Position numbers and translations under genes: made by a program
Part shown: positions 1 through 12,530 of the stretch, piece after piece
How positions within the stretch are numbered: the first letter of the stretch is position 1
Layout of the letters: every line of letters begins with the position of its first letter
Origin: an uncultured Actinomycetes bacterium
GTDB lineage: Bacteria; Actinomycetota; Thermoleophilia; UBA2241
Length of the DNA: 64,000 bases
Assembly: GCA_963725665.1 (NCBI GenBank)
Contig: CAVRZA010000002.1
Span: 480,001-544,000, forward strand
Direction of reading: 5' to 3'
Notes under the pieces: model-generated
What the model was told of the DNA's origin: nothing
Databases searched by the model: none
Seen by the model: the letters and a program-made list of their open reading frames with translations, nothing else

Positions 1-44
1 TGCGCCTCGTTGCGCCCTGCAGGCAGCGCTCCTATAGTGGCGGC

Positions 45-260
45 ATGGGCCGGTTAGGGACGATTCGCACGCTGGTCGTGGGCACCGCCCTCGGCGTGAC
101 AAGCGCCGTGCTCGCCCCTCGCCTGAAGCGCTCTGCTGGGGGCGACGGCGACCGCGCCTCGCGCGAGATGACGCGGCGACGGCGCGCCTCGCGCGCCGTC
201 GCCGCGTTCTCGGGTACGCCCTGCGCTGCCGAGAGACGGCCTGAGCGGTCCGAGGACTGA
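45..260 (+). CDS. small hypothetical membrane-anchored protein, probably leaderless
   Basis: 71 aa ORF with hydrophobic N-terminus; TATAGT -10 box at 33-38 just before the ATG. Confidence 0.45.
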   Translation: MGRLGTIRTLVVGTALGVTSAVLAPRLKRSAGGDGDRASREMTRRRRASRAVAAFSGTPCAAERRPERSED

Positions 261-369
261 ACCACCCTTCGCACTTCCGGGCCGGAAGGCGTTCTGCTCA
301 TATGGCTATAGTCGCGGCGGGTTGCGTCCGATAACTGCCTGCGAGGGATCCATCCTCGAGGAGGACGGT

Positions 370-714
370 ATGATCCGACAGGAAGCCAAGGAAGACGAGC
401 GGATGGGGGTCGACACCGGCTTCGAGCTGCTCGAGCTAGTCGTCTACGTGAGGGACCTGAAGATCGTCGGCCGCGCACACTTCGGCGCGAGTGGCAGGCA
501 CGCCTCGCGGCGCGCCTCGGACCTCATCCGCTCGTACCCCGACAAGCGTCTCACGCTCTCGGACGTGCGGGTCTACAGGAAGGGCTCGGCCGACCTGTAC
601 GACGCCGCGCCCTTCATGATCGTAAACCTGGACGCCGTCGACCTCATCTACTCTCGCGAGCCCAACGCCGGGCGCGTCACGGAGGACGTCCTCGAGGCGG
701 AGGAGGAGGCGTAG
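370..714 (+). CDS. hypothetical protein
   Basis: GAGGAG RBS, GC3-biased codons, globular-looking sequence; ends in TAG. Confidence 0.65.
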   Translation: MIRQEAKEDERMGVDTGFELLELVVYVRDLKIVGRAHFGASGRHASRRASDLIRSYPDKRLTLSDVRVYRKGSADLYDAAPFMIVNLDAVDLIYSREPNAGRVTEDVLEAEEEA

Positions 715-764
715 CCCCTCACTTCGCAGTCGACCTGCTGCTGCCCACGGCCCGCTTCGCTTTC

Positions 765-1412
765 GTGGTAGAAGGCGAGCGGGTCGACGTGCTGCCCGAG
801 CACCGCTCTCCCGAAGGGTTCCTCGCCTACCAGGAGCTCAGGCGGGCCCACGGAATCGTCGGGATGACCACCTTCCCCAACAGCGTCCTTCTGCGCGGCG
901 CCTCGACCATCCTCGTCGATCCCGGCCTGCACTTGCAGAACGAGCCCGTCGTGCGCGCCCTCGCCGCCCTCGGCGTGATCCCGGCCGACATCGATCTCAT
1001 CGCCCTGACCCACGCGCATCTCGACCACGCCGGCGCGTGCGTCGACGTCGCGCGACCCGTCGCCGTGCACGAGCTCGAGCTGCGCGATCCCCACTGGGCG
1101 ACGGTGCGCGGCATTCTCGAGGGGAGGCACCTGCACCTGCTCGAGGGGGAAGAGGGGGAGCTCGCCCCCGGCGTGACGTGGGTGCGCACCCCCGGGCATT
1201 CGCACGGCAGCGTCTGCTACCGCGTCGAGACCGATGAGGGACTCGTCGTTCTGGCGGGGGACACCATCGGGCCGCTCAAGGCGTACTTCGACGAGATGCG
1301 CCTGCCCGAAGGCTGGGAGGACGGCGAGGAGCTGCTGCAAGCCTGGGCCATGATTCGGTCGTGGCGGCCGGCGCGCGTCATCGCCGGTCATCTGCCGCCC
1401 TTCTCCTTCTAG
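765..1412 (+). CDS. MBL-fold metallo-hydrolase
   Basis: THAHLDH, TPGHS, LAGD and GH motifs. Confidence 0.9.
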   Translation: MVEGERVDVLPEHRSPEGFLAYQELRRAHGIVGMTTFPNSVLLRGASTILVDPGLHLQNEPVVRALAALGVIPADIDLIALTHAHLDHAGACVDVARPVAVHELELRDPHWATVRGILEGRHLHLLEGEEGELAPGVTWVRTPGHSHGSVCYRVETDEGLVVLAGDTIGPLKAYFDEMRLPEGWEDGEELLQAWAMIRSWRPARVIAGHLPPFSF

Positions 1413-2623
1413 ATCGTCTCGCCGCCGGCGTCGTCCGCGCCGGCCGCCTCTCCCCGGCGCGCATCGTCGTCGCGGCCCGACTGTTCCATCTCCCGCTCGC
1501 TGGCCAAGCTCGCGCGCTCCACCTCCTGCAAGCTCAGGTGCGAGATGCTGAGAAAGACGAAGCCAAGGCTCACGCCCACGACCGTCTGCATGCCCTGCAG
1601 ACCGATCGCGTAGGCGAGCGCTTCCTCGCCGCCCACCCCGAACAGCGCCAGGGCGCCGACGGCGGCCGCCTGGAAGGTGCCCCAGTTGCCCGGCGTGATC
1701 GGCACGAGGCCGATGATGTTGGTGGCGATCATCACCAGGGCCGCCGCGCCGAGGCTCGCCGGGCTCACATGGAAGGCGAGCATGACCATGTAGTAGATGA
1801 GGAGCTGCACGATCCAGGTGGCGACTTGCGCGGTGAACTCGAGGATGGCAGCCCCGGGCTTGCCCATGATGCGCTGGCTCTCGCCCAGGGCCGCCAGGTG
1901 CCCGAGAGCCTGGAAGCGCAGGCGGTCGCGCAGTCGCGGCAGTGACGGGGCGTGCAGGCGAGGCACGTGCCAGTGCGTAGCGCGCGAGTGTGCGTGCAGG
2001 GTGGGGATGCGCAGCCGGTGGCCCGCGACGGTGAACTCGACGTGCTGCTGATCGGCGACGCTCTTCTTGCGCCAACGCTCGTAGAGCACGAGAGCGACGA
2101 TGATGGCTCCTACGGCGATGCCCCCGACGATCAGTGTCGTGCGCGCCCACGCCGGCGCGCTCACCCCGATGAGGAGCAGGGCGGCGAGGCCGACGATGGC
2201 AGCCACAGCGAAGAGACGCTCGCCGAGGATGGTGCCGAAGATGGTCGCCACGGGCATGAAGACGCCGCGGCGGCGCAGCGATACCTGCAACGCGTAGGCG
2301 CGCGCGACCTCGCCCAGCCGGGCGGGCACGAGCCAATTGACCATGAGGCCGATGCTCGTGGCCGAGAACGTTTCCATGACGCGCGCACGGGCCGCGCCGA
2401 GAGCATCGAAAACGATCTTCAGGTTGATGCCTTTGAGGAAGATGGCGAACAGGTCGACGGCCGCGGCGGCGAGCAACCAGCGGATGTCGACGTGCAGGAA
2501 GGAGTCCGCGATCGCCGCGGGGTCGGTCTTCCACACGAGCACCGAGAGGAGGACGGCGAGGAACAGGACTTTCGTCCACCAGTGGCGGTTCCAGAAGGAG
2601 ACCGCGCGGGACCAGAAGCTCAT
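1409..2623 (-). CDS. lysylphosphatidylglycerol synthase TM-domain / flippase-like membrane protein (UPF0104)
   Basis: multi-TM protein with NWLVPARLGE, ERLF and PITPGNWGTF motifs. Confidence 0.8.
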   Translation of the reverse strand: MSFWSRAVSFWNRHWWTKVLFLAVLLSVLVWKTDPAAIADSFLHVDIRWLLAAAAVDLFAIFLKGINLKIVFDALGAARARVMETFSATSIGLMVNWLVPARLGEVARAYALQVSLRRRGVFMPVATIFGTILGERLFAVAAIVGLAALLLIGVSAPAWARTTLIVGGIAVGAIIVALVLYERWRKKSVADQQHVEFTVAGHRLRIPTLHAHSRATHWHVPRLHAPSLPRLRDRLRFQALGHLAALGESQRIMGKPGAAILEFTAQVATWIVQLLIYYMVMLAFHVSPASLGAAALVMIATNIIGLVPITPGNWGTFQAAAVGALALFGVGGEEALAYAIGLQGMQTVVGVSLGFVFLSISHLSLQEVERASLASEREMEQSGRDDDARRGEAAGADDAGGETI

Positions 2624-2720
2624 GGGCTAACGCATACACCACCTCCGTGCGCATGGCAAATGCCTGCGGCGGCGCATGCTAGACTAGCCTGTCGCCGCCG
2701 TCCGTCGTGGGAGTGCCTGC

Positions 2721-3083
2721 TTGCCCATCTACGAGTATCGCTGTGAGGCCTGCGGCCATACGTTCGAGGTCATGCAAAAGTTCACCGACCCCGCCGTCGA
2801 GACGTGCGAGGAGTGCGGTGGTGAGGTGGTCAGGGTCTTCCATCCGGTCGCCATCCACTTCCGCGGCTCCGGCTTCTACACGACCGATTACGGGCGCTCA
2901 TCCAAGGCCGCCAGAGCCGGCCGCGACGAAGGCGACGGCAAGGCAGCCTCTGAGGGCAAGGAGGCCAAGGCGGGCAAGGAGAGCGACCAGAAGAGCGATA
3001 CAGAGGGCGGCGCCAGCGCGAAAGATACGGGCGGCGCCGGCGCCGCGGCCAAGACTGGCACGGGTCAGGCGGCCGGTCGTTGA
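2721..3083 (+). CDS. FmdB-family zinc-ribbon protein
   Basis: MPIYEYRCxxC...CxxC...FRGSGFYTTDY followed by a low-complexity tail. Confidence 0.9.
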   Translation: MPIYEYRCEACGHTFEVMQKFTDPAVETCEECGGEVVRVFHPVAIHFRGSGFYTTDYGRSSKAARAGRDEGDGKAASEGKEAKAGKESDQKSDTEGGASAKDTGGAGAAAKTGTGQAAGR

Positions 3084-3098
3084 GCGCCGGGAGGGGGT

Positions 3099-4481
3099 AT
3101 GAGGGCGCCTGACGAATCGACTCCGGGCGGCCTTGCGGAGCCGGATCAAGGGGCCGGCGATGGCGAGCGGCAGGCCGCCGAGGAGATTGCGCGGCGCGCG
3201 AAGGCGAACCTCAAGAGCCTCGTCAGCGACGACTCCTCGCAGCTTCCCTCGCTGGGCGTCATCGCCGACGCCATCCGCCTCGAGCTCGAGGCCTCCCGCC
3301 AGGTAGCCATCCTGTATGTGAAGCTCAAGCGCTACGGCCGTCTCGAGCGCATCTTCGGCTGGGGCATCATCGGCGAGATCCTGACCGCGATCGCGCGCAA
3401 CCTGCGCGAGATGGTCGGTAGCACTCTTCGCGCCCTCGACGTGCTCGCCGACTTCACGCTGTCCGACAACGCCTTCGTGGTCGTTCTCTCGCCCCCGCGG
3501 AGCGGCAAGCCCATCGACGCCGAGGACCTCCTGATGGTCAGGCGGCGCGTGTACGAGCGCCTGCAGGGCACGCTCATGAACGACCTGGCCGCCGGCGTGT
3601 ACGACCGGGTGCATCCTTTCGTCGGCGCGGCCATCATCCACGCCGACGACGCGCTCACGTTCGAGCAGAACCTGCAACGAGGGGTCGCCCTGGCGATGGA
3701 GGCCGCCGAGAGCGACGCGGTGCGCTATGACGCGGAACTCGAGGCCACGCTGGCCGAACTTCTGGCGAACGAAGATATCGAGCCGCTCTTCCAGCCCATC
3801 GTGGATGTGCGCCGCAAGGGCGTGATCGCCTATCACGCCACGAGCCGCGGCCCCTTCTACTCGCCGTTGCGGCTTCCCGACGTGCTCAACGATGTCGCCC
3901 GTCGTTCGCCCCTGCTTGGGACGTACGGAGTGGCGGCGCGCGAGGCCGCCGTCGCGAAGGCCGTCGGCCTCATGCCCGAGGAGCTCCTCTTCGTGGGCTG
4001 CGCGGCGAGCGAGCTGCCCAACGCGGGCATCGTCGCGTTGAGCGAGTTCTACTCGCTCAACACGGCGCTGGTGCCACAGCACGTCGTCTTCGAGATGCCG
4101 GTCGGCGACCTCACGGCCAACCCCGCATCGACCCTGCGTACTCTGGGCCAGCTACGCGAGACGGGTTTCCAGCTCTGCTTCGCCGATCTGGGTGGGGAGC
4201 TCACGGTGCTCGAACTGGTGGCGCAAGCCCAGCCCGATTTCGTGAGCCTCGACCCCCTGCTCGTGGCCGGCTTGCCCGGCGACCCGACGCTCGTCGACAC
4301 GACCGCCCTGCTGGCGCGCTTCGCGGCGCGTCTCGGCGTCCAGCTAGTGGCGCCCGACGTGACCGCGGTCGAGCAGCTCGACGCCCTGCGTCGCGTCGGC
4401 GTCGAGCTCGTGCGCGGCGACCTCGTCGCGCGTCCCGACACGCGGCTGCCCAAGGTGTCGCTCTCGAGACTGGGACTGTAG
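3099..4481 (+). CDS. degenerate GGDEF-EAL domain protein
   Basis: FQPIVD and FE motifs present, but EAL is replaced by HAT and DDFG by ADLG; no GGDEF motif. Confidence 0.75.
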   Translation: MRAPDESTPGGLAEPDQGAGDGERQAAEEIARRAKANLKSLVSDDSSQLPSLGVIADAIRLELEASRQVAILYVKLKRYGRLERIFGWGIIGEILTAIARNLREMVGSTLRALDVLADFTLSDNAFVVVLSPPRSGKPIDAEDLLMVRRRVYERLQGTLMNDLAAGVYDRVHPFVGAAIIHADDALTFEQNLQRGVALAMEAAESDAVRYDAELEATLAELLANEDIEPLFQPIVDVRRKGVIAYHATSRGPFYSPLRLPDVLNDVARRSPLLGTYGVAAREAAVAKAVGLMPEELLFVGCAASELPNAGIVALSEFYSLNTALVPQHVVFEMPVGDLTANPASTLRTLGQLRETGFQLCFADLGGELTVLELVAQAQPDFVSLDPLLVAGLPGDPTLVDTTALLARFAARLGVQLVAPDVTAVEQLDALRRVGVELVRGDLVARPDTRLPKVSLSRLGL

Positions 4482-4494
4482 CGGCCAGGCGCCT

Positions 4495-5421
4495 TCAGGC
4501 CGTGAGCGTCGCTCTCGGCCTTTCATGTAAGGTCTTCGTCTTCGGCGCCGGCGTGGTCTCGGAGGCCGCCGTGACGCGGTTACGCCCGCGCCGCTTCGAT
4601 TCGTAGAGGGCCTGGTCGGCGCGCGCGACGAGCTCTCGCTCGTCGCGCGCGCCGACCGGATAGCCGGCTACGCCGGCGCTGCCGGCGGCGAAAACGACCC
4701 TGCCGTCGCCCAGCGACACGCCGGTCCCCTCGATGGCGCGCCGCACGCGCTCGGCGAGCTCGAAGCCCTCACGCTCGCCGCCCCTGATGAGGAGGGCGAA
4801 CTCCTCGCCGCCGTAGCGCGCGGCCATGTCCGCCTCGCGAACATGGCCGAGCAGCGTCGCGCCGACTCGGCGCAGAAGCTCGTTGCCCACCTGGTGCCCG
4901 TAGCGGTCGTTGAAGCGTTTGAAGTGGTCGAGGTCGACCATGATCAGGCAGAGCTCGCCGCCGTAGCGCTCTGCCTTGCGCACCTCGTTGCGCAAGTAGT
5001 CGACGAAGGTGCCGTACGTGTAGAGACCCGTAAGGCGGTCGGTGAGCGACGTCGCGGCGAGCTCGTCGTGGCGCACGCGATGACGGCGCTGCAGACGAGC
5101 GAGGGCCAGACCGGCCGCGGCATACAGAGCGCAGGCGACGAGCGCCTCGACGGCCGCGGGTCCCGTCCAGGCGTCGCCCTCTCGACCCGCGAAGGCCGAA
5201 GCCAGCACGAGACCCGCGCAGAGTGAGGCGACTATGGCTCCGGCCTCGACGAAGAAGACGGCCCCGAGCAGCACGGGCAGGAGGAACAGGGGAAAGAGGG
5301 GGGGGCCGGCCGCCAGCACCGAGACCGCGCTGATGAGCAGGACGGATGCCAGAGCGACCGCCCGGCGGGCGGCGAAACGGCGTCCCGCGGCATCGCGGTG
5401 GACTCGGCTCGCTCTCGTCAA
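4495..5421 (-). CDS. membrane-bound diguanylate cyclase
   Basis: N-terminal TM helices; TDRLTGL, DLDHFKRFNDRYGH and RYGGEEF. Confidence 0.92.
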   Translation of the reverse strand: MTRASRVHRDAAGRRFAARRAVALASVLLISAVSVLAAGPPLFPLFLLPVLLGAVFFVEAGAIVASLCAGLVLASAFAGREGDAWTGPAAVEALVACALYAAAGLALARLQRRHRVRHDELAATSLTDRLTGLYTYGTFVDYLRNEVRKAERYGGELCLIMVDLDHFKRFNDRYGHQVGNELLRRVGATLLGHVREADMAARYGGEEFALLIRGGEREGFELAERVRRAIEGTGVSLGDGRVVFAAGSAGVAGYPVGARDERELVARADQALYESKRRGRNRVTAASETTPAPKTKTLHERPRATLTA

Positions 5422-5545
5422 CCGATTCGCTCCGGCCTCCTCGATCGCCCTTTCTACGGGCGCTGGCCGACTCCTTCTCGGCGTGCCGGGCGGTGATTAC
5501 AGATCTGGCGACGCTCCTGACGACCGCTACGGTAGAATCGTGGAC

Positions 5546-6334
5546 ATGCCGACCATCCTCCTGACCAACGACGACGGCATCTCATCGCCGGCTCTCCTCT
5601 CTCTGCGTCGCGTCCTCCAGCCTCTGGGCACCGTCATCACCATCGCCCCCGACCGCAACTACAGCGCCGTCGCGCGCGGCATCACGATCGACCGCGCGCT
5701 GCACATCGATCCGCTCACCTTGGGCGAGGCCGGCTACTACGGCAACGCCGTCAACGGCACGCCGGTCGACTGCGTGCGCGTCGCTATGCTGGGATTCTTC
5801 GGGCCGCGCCCCGACTTCATCGTCTCGGGGGTGAACACCGGCGCCAACCTGGGCGACGACGTCACCTATTCGGGCACCGTCGCGGCGGCTCTCGAAGGCG
5901 TGCTGCTCGGTCTACCGGCGGCGGCCGTGTCGGTCGCCTCGCGCGAGCCGCACTACGTCGACGAGACGGCTGGAGTCGTGGTTCCTCTCGTCAGACGTGC
6001 GCTCGATGAGGGTCTGCCGCCGCGCACGCTCATCAACATCAACATCCCGGAGCTGCCCCTCGCCGCGATCAAGGGCATCAGACTGACCCACCTGGGACGG
6101 GCGAGCTTCCACGACCGGCTGGTCGTCGAGAGCGAGGACGGCTCGCACAACACCTACAGCATGAAGAGCATCAAGAACGGCGACGCCGACCACGAGGCCG
6201 GCAGCGACTTCGAGGCGGTGCGCAACGGGTACGTGTCGCTCACGCCGCTGCGCTTCGACCTCAGCAGCGAGCCTGGAGAGAGGGCGCTGCGCGACTGGGA
6301 CCTCGCCGGCCTGTTCGCCGAGACGGGCGGCTAG
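5546..6334 (+). CDS. surE: 5'/3'-nucleotidase SurE
   Basis: ILLTNDDG, GTPVDCV, SGVNTGANLG and YSGTVAAA; leaderless after TAGAAT at 5533-5538. Confidence 0.95.
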   Translation: MPTILLTNDDGISSPALLSLRRVLQPLGTVITIAPDRNYSAVARGITIDRALHIDPLTLGEAGYYGNAVNGTPVDCVRVAMLGFFGPRPDFIVSGVNTGANLGDDVTYSGTVAAALEGVLLGLPAAAVSVASREPHYVDETAGVVVPLVRRALDEGLPPRTLININIPELPLAAIKGIRLTHLGRASFHDRLVVESEDGSHNTYSMKSIKNGDADHEAGSDFEAVRNGYVSLTPLRFDLSSEPGERALRDWDLAGLFAETGG

Positions 6335-6339
6335 GAACA

Positions 6340-9181
<2,842 letters not shown>

Positions 9182-9232
9182 GGGTCGGCGTGACCATCGA
9201 GCCGCGCCCGAGCCGGTGGGCCCCGCGGACGG

Positions 9233-9285
9233 TTAATCGTAGTTAAGCCGCTCTTAACACGCGCTTAACGAAGAACGGACAGAAT
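9233..9285 (+). promoter_or_regulatory. phased TTAA direct-repeat operator and putative -10 box
   Basis: TTAA at 9233, 9243, 9254 and 9265 (10-11 bp period), then CAGAAT at 9280-9285. Confidence 0.5.
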
Positions 9286-9357
9286 GCGGACCGTGGCTCC
9301 TTTCGCTGTTGAAGCGAGTGACCCCCCTACCTAAGGGCGCACCCCAAGCCCTGAAGT

Positions 9358-9391
9358 GACAGGCCCCGTTCCCGGCGGGGTCTGTTTTTTT
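9358..9391 (+). terminator. intrinsic terminator
   Basis: GACAGGCCCCG / CGGGGTCTGTT stem followed by a T run. Confidence 0.8.
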
Positions 9392-9476
9392 CGTGTCGGC
9401 TGTTCTGCAGCCTCGGCGAGTCGCCCTCACCGCGCACTGTTCACCGCCTCCGTGGCTGTCGATAGACTAGGAGGAG

Positions 9477-9552
9477 GCCGGCGTAGCTCAGTTGGCAGAG
9501 CAGCTGTCTTGTAAACAGCAGGTCGACGGTTCGATTCCGCCCGCCGGCTCCA
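9477..9552 (+). tRNA. tRNA-Thr(TGT)
   Basis: full cloverleaf, anticodon loop CT-TGT-AA, TTCGATT T-loop, encoded CCA. Confidence 0.97.
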
Positions 9553-9749
9553 CAGAATCCCTGCAAGCCGCATTACATCGAGTCGGCCTTGCTGCCGACG
9601 TAGTGGTGACCCGTCGAACGGAAACGGACCTTTCGTCTCGATAGTCCTCCTGCCGGGGACATATCGGACACCGGCCGGTTCCGGCCGGGGTGTCCAGGGG
9701 CGATGTTGTTCGGTGGCCCTTGGCGAACGTTCCACCAGGAGGTACCAGA

Positions 9750-10472
9750 ATGTCACGCACAGCATTGGTGTTCCCGGTCTTGCCGGGCAAGGACGCGAGG
9801 GATATCGCCAACGAGATGAAATCCCGTCCGCGCGAGTACGAGGAGTCTCGCAGGAGGCTCGGGATCACCATGGAGAGGGCGTACCTGCAGCACACCCCCA
9901 TGGGGGACTTCGTCACCGCCTACCACGAGGCCGAAGGCGACGTGCTGGAGAAGTTCGGCAAGCTGGCGTCGTCCGATCTCGACATCGACCGCTACTTCGT
10001 GAAGGCCGCCAAGGAGATCCACGGCGTCGACCTCACGCAGCCGATGCCTGGTCCCCAGCCGGAGACGATAGCTGCATGGTTCGACTCGACGGCCAAGGGC
10101 CGGGGCCGGGGTATGGCCCTCTGCGCCCCGCTCGCCCCAGGCGAGACCGAGAGGGCAAGGGCCTTCGCCGCCGACGCCTACCACCGCGACGAGTTCGCGG
10201 CGTCACGCCGCAGGCTCAACGTGAACGGGGAACTGCTCACACTCCAGTCGACGCCGCATGGCGACCTCGTCGGCATCTACATCGAGGGCGACGATCCCGC
10301 GAAGGGCAACGCCGGCTTCGCCGCATCCCAGGACCCCTTCGACCTGTGGTTCAAAGAACAACTGACGAAGATCTTTCCTCCGTCGGTCGACTTCTCCAAG
10401 CCCGTCGAGGGCGTTGAGGAGATCTTCGACTCGACCAAGGTCGCCGATCTGAGCTTGGGCAAGGCGGCCTGA
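9750..10472 (+). CDS. hypothetical protein with two internal repeats (dimeric alpha/beta-barrel-like)
   Basis: AGGAGG RBS; repeated unit P(V/L)xPG...SRRRL...LQxTPxGD...D.WF/YF. Confidence 0.75.
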   Translation: MSRTALVFPVLPGKDARDIANEMKSRPREYEESRRRLGITMERAYLQHTPMGDFVTAYHEAEGDVLEKFGKLASSDLDIDRYFVKAAKEIHGVDLTQPMPGPQPETIAAWFDSTAKGRGRGMALCAPLAPGETERARAFAADAYHRDEFAASRRRLNVNGELLTLQSTPHGDLVGIYIEGDDPAKGNAGFAASQDPFDLWFKEQLTKIFPPSVDFSKPVEGVEEIFDSTKVADLSLGKAA

Positions 10473-10629
10473 GGCAGCTACACGCAGACGACTGAGGAGG
10501 CCCAGGCCGCGAGCCGGGCGATGCGACGAGCCCGGGGACGCCCAGGGCGCTCAGAAGCCTCAAGGGCAGTCGAAGAGAGCCTAGTCGGCGGCGCCGGCGG
10601 CGGCTTGGCCGCCGCCGGCGCCGCTCACG

Positions 10630-10875
10630 TCAGGCCTGGAACGGACTGTCGTCCTTGGCCTCGCTGAACAGCCGTTTGTTCGTCGCGCGCAGGTCGTGCT
10701 CGCGGGAGTGGCCGCCGTGCTTCCTGCCTTGCAGGCGATCGAGAGCGGCCACCCGTTCTCCGAGCTGCAGCAGCCCGTCCTCGTCAGTGTCGATCCCCGT
10801 CACAGCCTTGTAGAGCTCGCTGAGGATGGTGTCGTCGCCAGTCAGGTCATCGTCGAAGAAGTTGAGCAGCGACTC
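10630..10875 (-). pseudogene. C-terminal remnant resembling aldehyde:ferredoxin oxidoreductase
   Basis: own translation: ...ELYKAVTGIDTDEDGLLQLGERVAALDRLQ...REHDL...LFSE; no start codon or N-terminal part. Confidence 0.5.
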
Positions 10876-11251
10876 GCGTCGACCGTCAGGTGGCCGGAGG
10901 AGAGGACCGTTACTGTGAGACCCCGGTCGTTGGCGGTCGCTCCCTTTCCGTGGATGACGTTGATGCGCCAGCGTCCATCGACGTCCCCTGGGCCATCCGG
11001 CCTGTGTCGACTACGGTGATGCACGTAGACCGTGCGGTCAAAGGCTCGCAGGATGGCAGGAGAGGTGACTGAGGGCGGACTGTCCACCGTACACTCGCAA
11101 GCGCGCGCGACGAAGGCGACCGAACGACGGACGCCGACTCGTTCGTCGCTTCGGTCGCCGCGGAGAAGATCGACGCGGGACTGCGGGCGGCACTCGCAGG
11201 ATAGGGCATCCCGGCGGCGGCGCCGACACCATGTGGACTGCAGTCCAGGGG

Positions 11252-12194
11252 TCATGGGCTCCGAATGACCGACCGGATGAACGTCCGCACGTGCGCGTTG
11301 AACTCCTGGGCGCCTCCACGTTCGCCGAGTGACCCACGCCCTCAATGACCACAAGCTGCGACGAGGGGATCCGTTGATTGAGTTCGTTGGCGACCTTCAG
11401 CGGCGATCGCTGATCGAGTTCTCCGTACAGCAGGAGCGTGGGAACCTCGATCCGGGGAAGGACGTCTCGGAGGTCCGCCTCCGCCATCGAGTGCGCCATC
11501 GCCCGGTATCCGCCGGGCTTCCGGCTGCCCGTGTTGTCCGCCCACATGACTGTCAGCTCTTCAAGCAGACCCGAGGGGGCACCGGCGCTGAGCACCCCGG
11601 GGAATGCCTCGAGCACCTCCTCGAGTGGCAGGTCGGCGGCAGCGAGGACGCCCTCAAGGCGTGCCGCAGTCTCTTCGGGGGAGAGGGAGCCCGCCCATCC
11701 TGCATAGGCCGAGGCCAGGATGAGCGATGCGGGCACATGCGGATGCCGCCGGTACAGCTCGAGCGCCACGGAGCTTCCCCAGGAGAGGCCAAGGACGTGC
11801 GGGCGTTCGATCCCTGTGGCACTGACACGACGCAGCGTCGCCGCCGGTACAGCTCAAGCGCCACGGAGCTTCCCCAGGAAAGGCCGAGGACGTGTGGGCG
11901 TTCGATCCCTGTGGCGCGGAGCCACGACGCCAGCGCGTCCGCATACTCGGGCATACGCCAACTCTCCGGCACATCGGAGGAGCGGCCGCAGCCGGGTGCG
12001 TCCCAGGCCAGCACGGTGAACTCGTCCGCGAGGCCGTCTACCTGCCGGCGCCACGAGCGGCTGTCCTCCATGCCGCCATGGAGCAGGACGAGCGGCGGGC
12101 CGTCGCCGGCCTGCGTGTAGGCGATCCGCAGGTCGCCGAGTTGCAGCTCTCTCAATGCCTGTGCCTCCGCGCTGGACTCATGGATTGTTCCCAA
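11252..12194 (-). pseudogene. alpha/beta hydrolase disrupted by an internal duplication
   Basis: LLHGG, WDAPGCGRS, GLSWG nucleophile elbow and GH motif split over frames by a 95-bp insertion. Confidence 0.8.
11745..11915. repeat. 76-bp direct repeat (11745-11820 and 11840-11915)
   Basis: 4 mismatches between copies, 19-bp spacer. Confidence 0.9.
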
Positions 12195-12530
12195 GCTGAT
12201 GCTCGGTCCCGACGTTCATGCTGAGCACCGCCTCCCGATTCGCAGCTCGTTGCCAACAAGCCCATCAGGATCAGTGATGAAACGCCCCGTTCGCAAGTTC
12301 CTTCCCATAGCAGCGCCGCATGTCTTGTGTGATCCGCGGCCAGCGGCCTTCGTCCACCTTGCGGTGCGTAACGCAGCCGGTTCCCAGTGTCCGGGCGCCC
12401 TCGCACAGGTCCTTGACCTTCTCTCACTTGCAGCCACGGACTCTGACGCGCATCATGGCGCGAACACAGACGAACGCGAGCAGTCTGAGATGCGCCGGGC
12501 AGCGTCGCTCGGCGGCAGGAAGGGAGTGCC

